Shown one piece after another: positions 57,870 to 60,631 of a stretch of DNA of 60,631 bases. The notes under the pieces were generated by a model. It made no database searches. It saw only the letters and a program-made list of their open reading frames with translations, and was not told the DNA's origin. Every line of letters begins with the position of its first letter. Positions within the stretch are counted from its first letter, which is position 1. Origin of the DNA: Candidatus Latescibacterota bacterium (lineage in GTDB: Bacteria; Latescibacterota; UBA2968; UBA8231); assembly GCA_009691525.1 (NCBI GenBank), contig SICG01000003.1, positions 1-60,631 of the forward strand, read 5' to 3'. The translations under genes were made by a program, and so were the position numbers.

Positions 57870-58868
57870 ATGAATCCACTAGGAAAAAAAGAACTGGGCC
57901 GCACTGGATTGCAGGTGACCCGCCTGGGCCTGGGCTGCGCGGCCCTGGGCGGCCTGTATGGCGATATTCCCGAGGAGCAGGCCACGGCCGTGGTGCAGCG
58001 CGCGCTGGTTTTGGGCCTCAACCTTTTCGACACCGCACCGCTCTACGGTTCCGGCAAAAGCGAGCAGCGCCTGGGCCGGGCGCTGCAGGGAGTGCCGCGC
58101 GATTCCTACGTGCTGGCCTCCAAGGTGGGGCGCATCCTGGTGCCGGCCCAAGGATCGGAGCGGGGCCAGGAGATCTACGCCAACCCGCCGCCCTTCCAGC
58201 CGGTTTTTGATTTCAGCTATGACGGGGTGATGCGCTCCTTTGAGAGCAGTCTGCAGCGCCTGGGCGTGGATCGCATCGACATCCTGCACATCCACGACCC
58301 GGACGACCACTACGAGGCGGCCATCAACGGCGCGTATCCGGCTCTCGACAAGCTGCGCAGCCAGGGGGTGATCCGCGCGGTGAGCGCCGGCATGAACCAG
58401 TGGGAGATGCTGGCCCGTTTCGCCCGCGAAGGGCGCTTCGACTGTTTCCTGCTGGCCGGCCGCTACAGCCTGCTCGAACAGGAGGCCATGGACGAGTTGT
58501 TGCCCCTGTGCTTGGAGAAGCAGATCGGCATCATGGCCGGGGGTACCTACAACAGCGGCATCCTGGCCAAGGGGGCTCAGGCGGGCAGCAAGTACAACTA
58601 TGCCGACGCCCCGCCGCAGATCATCGAGAAGGCGCGGCAGCTCGAAGAGGTGGCCGCCCGGCACCAGGTCTCTATCAAAGCCGCGGCCTCGCAGTTCGCC
58701 TTGGCCCATCCGGCTATCACCACCATCATCCCCGGCACCCGCCAGCCCTCGCGGGTGGATGAGAACTTTGAGCTGCTCAGCGAAAAGATCCCGGCGGCCT
58801 TCTGGGACGAGCTAAAAGAAAGGGAGCTGATCCGCCGCGAGGCGCCGGTGCCTGGGGAAAAAGCCTGA
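57870..58868 (+). CDS. Aldo/keto reductase
   Basis: FDTAPLYG, SKVGR, SLQRLG.DRID, HDPD; GGAGG RBS. Confidence 0.92.
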   Translation: MNPLGKKELGRTGLQVTRLGLGCAALGGLYGDIPEEQATAVVQRALVLGLNLFDTAPLYGSGKSEQRLGRALQGVPRDSYVLASKVGRILVPAQGSERGQEIYANPPPFQPVFDFSYDGVMRSFESSLQRLGVDRIDILHIHDPDDHYEAAINGAYPALDKLRSQGVIRAVSAGMNQWEMLARFAREGRFDCFLLAGRYSLLEQEAMDELLPLCLEKQIGIMAGGTYNSGILAKGAQAGSKYNYADAPPQIIEKARQLEEVAARHQVSIKAAASQFALAHPAITTIIPGTRQPSRVDENFELLSEKIPAAFWDELKERELIRREAPVPGEKA

Positions 58869-59131
58869 GCAAGCGGAGCACCTATCCGATCTACCCGAAG
58901 GCCTGTGCTTTTTCAACCACTCAAACCGCTAATTGACCCCTTTCGTGCAACAACGCCCTGGATAGGCCGATGTGTTCGGGTGTGCACATGGGGAAATGCG
59001 CAAAGGCCGTGCCAGACTATTGAACCGGGACTGTGCTGAGTGAAGCCCACGCCACCATTGCGGGCGCTCTTCGCGCATCAGGTCGAAGCTCCCCGTGGCC
59101 AGGTACATCGGGAACCGTTATAGTAGTATCC

Positions 59132-59425
59132 ATGATACGCACCTTCCGAGATCGCGCCACTGAAGATATTTTCGATGGAGCAGATACCTCCGTTGCCCGG
59201 AAACGGTGTTCGTCGGCGCTGTGGCCTATCGCCCGGCGTAAGTTAGATCAGCTCAACCGGGTGCGCGATCTGCGCGATCTAGGTGTTCCTCCGGGCAATC
59301 GTCTGGAGCGCCTGTTGGGGGACCGGAAGGGACAGCACAGTATCTGCATCAATGAGCAGCTTCGCGTATGTTTTCGCTGGGAGGCCGGCTATGCCGACGA
59401 CGTTGAGATCACCAACTACCAATAG
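59132..59425 (+). CDS. higB: HigB (RelE/ParE-fold) toxin
   Basis: MIRTFRD, ARRKLDQL, PPGNRLE, GQHSI, RVCFRW. Confidence 0.9.
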   Translation: MIRTFRDRATEDIFDGADTSVARKRCSSALWPIARRKLDQLNRVRDLRDLGVPPGNRLERLLGDRKGQHSICINEQLRVCFRWEAGYADDVEITNYQ

Positions 59426-59465
59426 GCGACCGGGTGCAGCGCGGGCGTCCACCGGGCCCGAGGCC

Positions 59466-59783
59466 CTGGTAAGCCGGCGACTGCCCAAGCACCGCCCGCC
59501 CACTCATCCGGGCGAGATGCTGCTGGAGGATTTCCTCAAGCCCTTGGGGGTCAGCCAGTCGGCTTTTGCTATTCGCCTAGGGGTGTCTTTTCCCCGGCTC
59601 AATGAGATCATCCGGGGCAGGCGCGGCGTCACTACGGACACCGCACTGCGCCTGGCGCGGGTCCTGGGGATTTCGGCTGATTTCTGGCTGGGGTTACAGC
59701 AGGACTGGGATCTTTGGCAGGCCATGCAGGGGAAGAACGCCCGTGAAATCGCCGCCTTGGAGCCGCTGAGCCAGACGGCCTGA
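59466..59783 (+). CDS. higA: HigA addiction-module antitoxin
   Basis: PTHPGEMLLEDFL, NEIIRGRRGVT, FWLGLQ; start uncertain (CTG at 59466). Confidence 0.88.
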   Translation: MVSRRLPKHRPPTHPGEMLLEDFLKPLGVSQSAFAIRLGVSFPRLNEIIRGRRGVTTDTALRLARVLGISADFWLGLQQDWDLWQAMQGKNAREIAALEPLSQTA

Positions 59784-59819
59784 ACCTTCACCTATCCCTT
59801 CAACAGAACAACAGTACCC

Positions 59820-60631
59820 TCACCCCTCTTCCCTGAACATCGGCTGCAAGAACAGCCGCCCGGTCTGCCCTTCGGCCTGAAAGCGCACGTAGGCTTCGCT
59901 GCCGGCGCGGTAGGCAAAGCGGGTGCCCTCGCCCTTTGTTAGTTGCTCACCTCCGGGGCCGATGAAGAGGCCCTGGCAGGGCGCGTCGGTCTCCACGAAA
60001 ATCTGGTCCTCTTCTACGGTCACCGCCTTGAGCAAGAGTCCGGTAGAAGCGTAGCTGCGGCCCTGCTTGGCTGCCGCCACGACCCCTCTGGGCGTCGCCT
60101 CCTCGACCAGCACCATATTGAAGGCATTGTCGAAATCTTCTGGGTCGTGGAAATCGTCGTTGGCAAAACCCCAGAGCCGGTGGCCGGCGCTGAGCAACTC
60201 GTCCCAGATCGGGGTGTAGAGCGGCCAGCGGCCTTGGGCCAGGGCGCTGGGGATGCCGTAGTGGCCGTTGTACACCTCGATGCCGTCTGGCCAGGTGCCC
60301 AGCGCCGCCAGCTTGGCCAGGGTCCAGTACTCGCGGCCCGAAGCGTAGGGCTGGGGGTGGCAGACCACCGTGAGCAGGGCACCGGCCCGCTGCAGGGCCT
60401 CCTCCAGTGGCAGTTTGAAGAGGGGCTCCACCTCCGGCCCGACAAAGACGATGTTTTCGCGGGTGCTGTACTCAAAGCCGTGGAGGAAGGCCAGCTCGGG
60501 ATAACGCGCCCGTATCGCCGCCAGGTCGGTGACCACATCGTGGTCAGTCAGGGTCACGAAACCCACGCCCAACTCCCAATAGCGGCGCACACTCTCGGCC
60601 AGGGGCACCGAGGCGCAGGCGCTGTTTTCGC
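59820..60631 (-). CDS. PHP-domain metallohydrolase, partial (start beyond window)
   Basis: LTDHD, CHP, IEVYN, NDDFH. Confidence 0.8.
   Translation of the reverse strand, partial: ENSACASVPLAESVRRYWELGVGFVTLTDHDVVTDLAAIRARYPELAFLHGFEYSTRENIVFVGPEVEPLFKLPLEEALQRAGALLTVVCHPQPYASGREYWTLAKLAALGTWPDGIEVYNGHYGIPSALAQGRWPLYTPIWDELLSAGHRLWGFANDDFHDPEDFDNAFNMVLVEEATPRGVVAAAKQGRSYASTGLLLKAVTVEEDQIFVETDAPCQGLFIGPGGEQLTKGEGTRFAYRAGSEAYVRFQAEGQTGRLFLQPMFREEG

Noticed and set aside
58870-59118. Possible ncRNA or IS end before higB
   Set aside because: No convincing stem set or partner inverted repeat found by eye

Overview
A GC-rich bacterial chromosome segment made mostly of housekeeping genes. The gene content and a C-terminal SWGQLK motif loosely suggest an uncultured FCB-related lineage such as Latescibacterota; this is inference only. 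Main blocks: guaB cluster; heterodimeric ABC exporter with creatininase-family gene, rdgB and a TPR gene; ArsP-like permease coupled to a large beta-propeller/transglutaminase-like/TPR protein; hisGDB; a surface glycosylation locus (GT4, YfhO, Wzx, GT2, RfaE-C); a ~17 kb minus-strand aromatic amino acid run (trpL attenuator, trpE(G), tautomerase, trpD, trpC, trpS, chorismate mutase, tyrA, aroA-like, aroE, argS, aroK, aroB, rimO); a decayed envelope locus; a LolD/FtsX-like pair; an S41 protease; more glycosyltransferases and rfbD. Six toxin-antitoxin loci, several reduced to remnants, and IS3/ISL3 scraps lie between core genes. Most notable: (1) a full-length AroA homolog that has lost nearly all phosphate-binding active-site motifs (candidate pseudoenzyme), coupled to an unannotated 46-aa membrane microprotein; (2) a ~142-bp structured repeat present twice with compensatory base changes; (3) a complete Trp leader-peptide attenuator; (4) a VapBC islet flanked by a diverged duplication of an ABC gene 3' end; (5) a 78-bp diverged in-frame duplication in argS. 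No rRNA, tRNA or CRISPR array was recognised. All family calls come from motif recognition by eye, not database searches.
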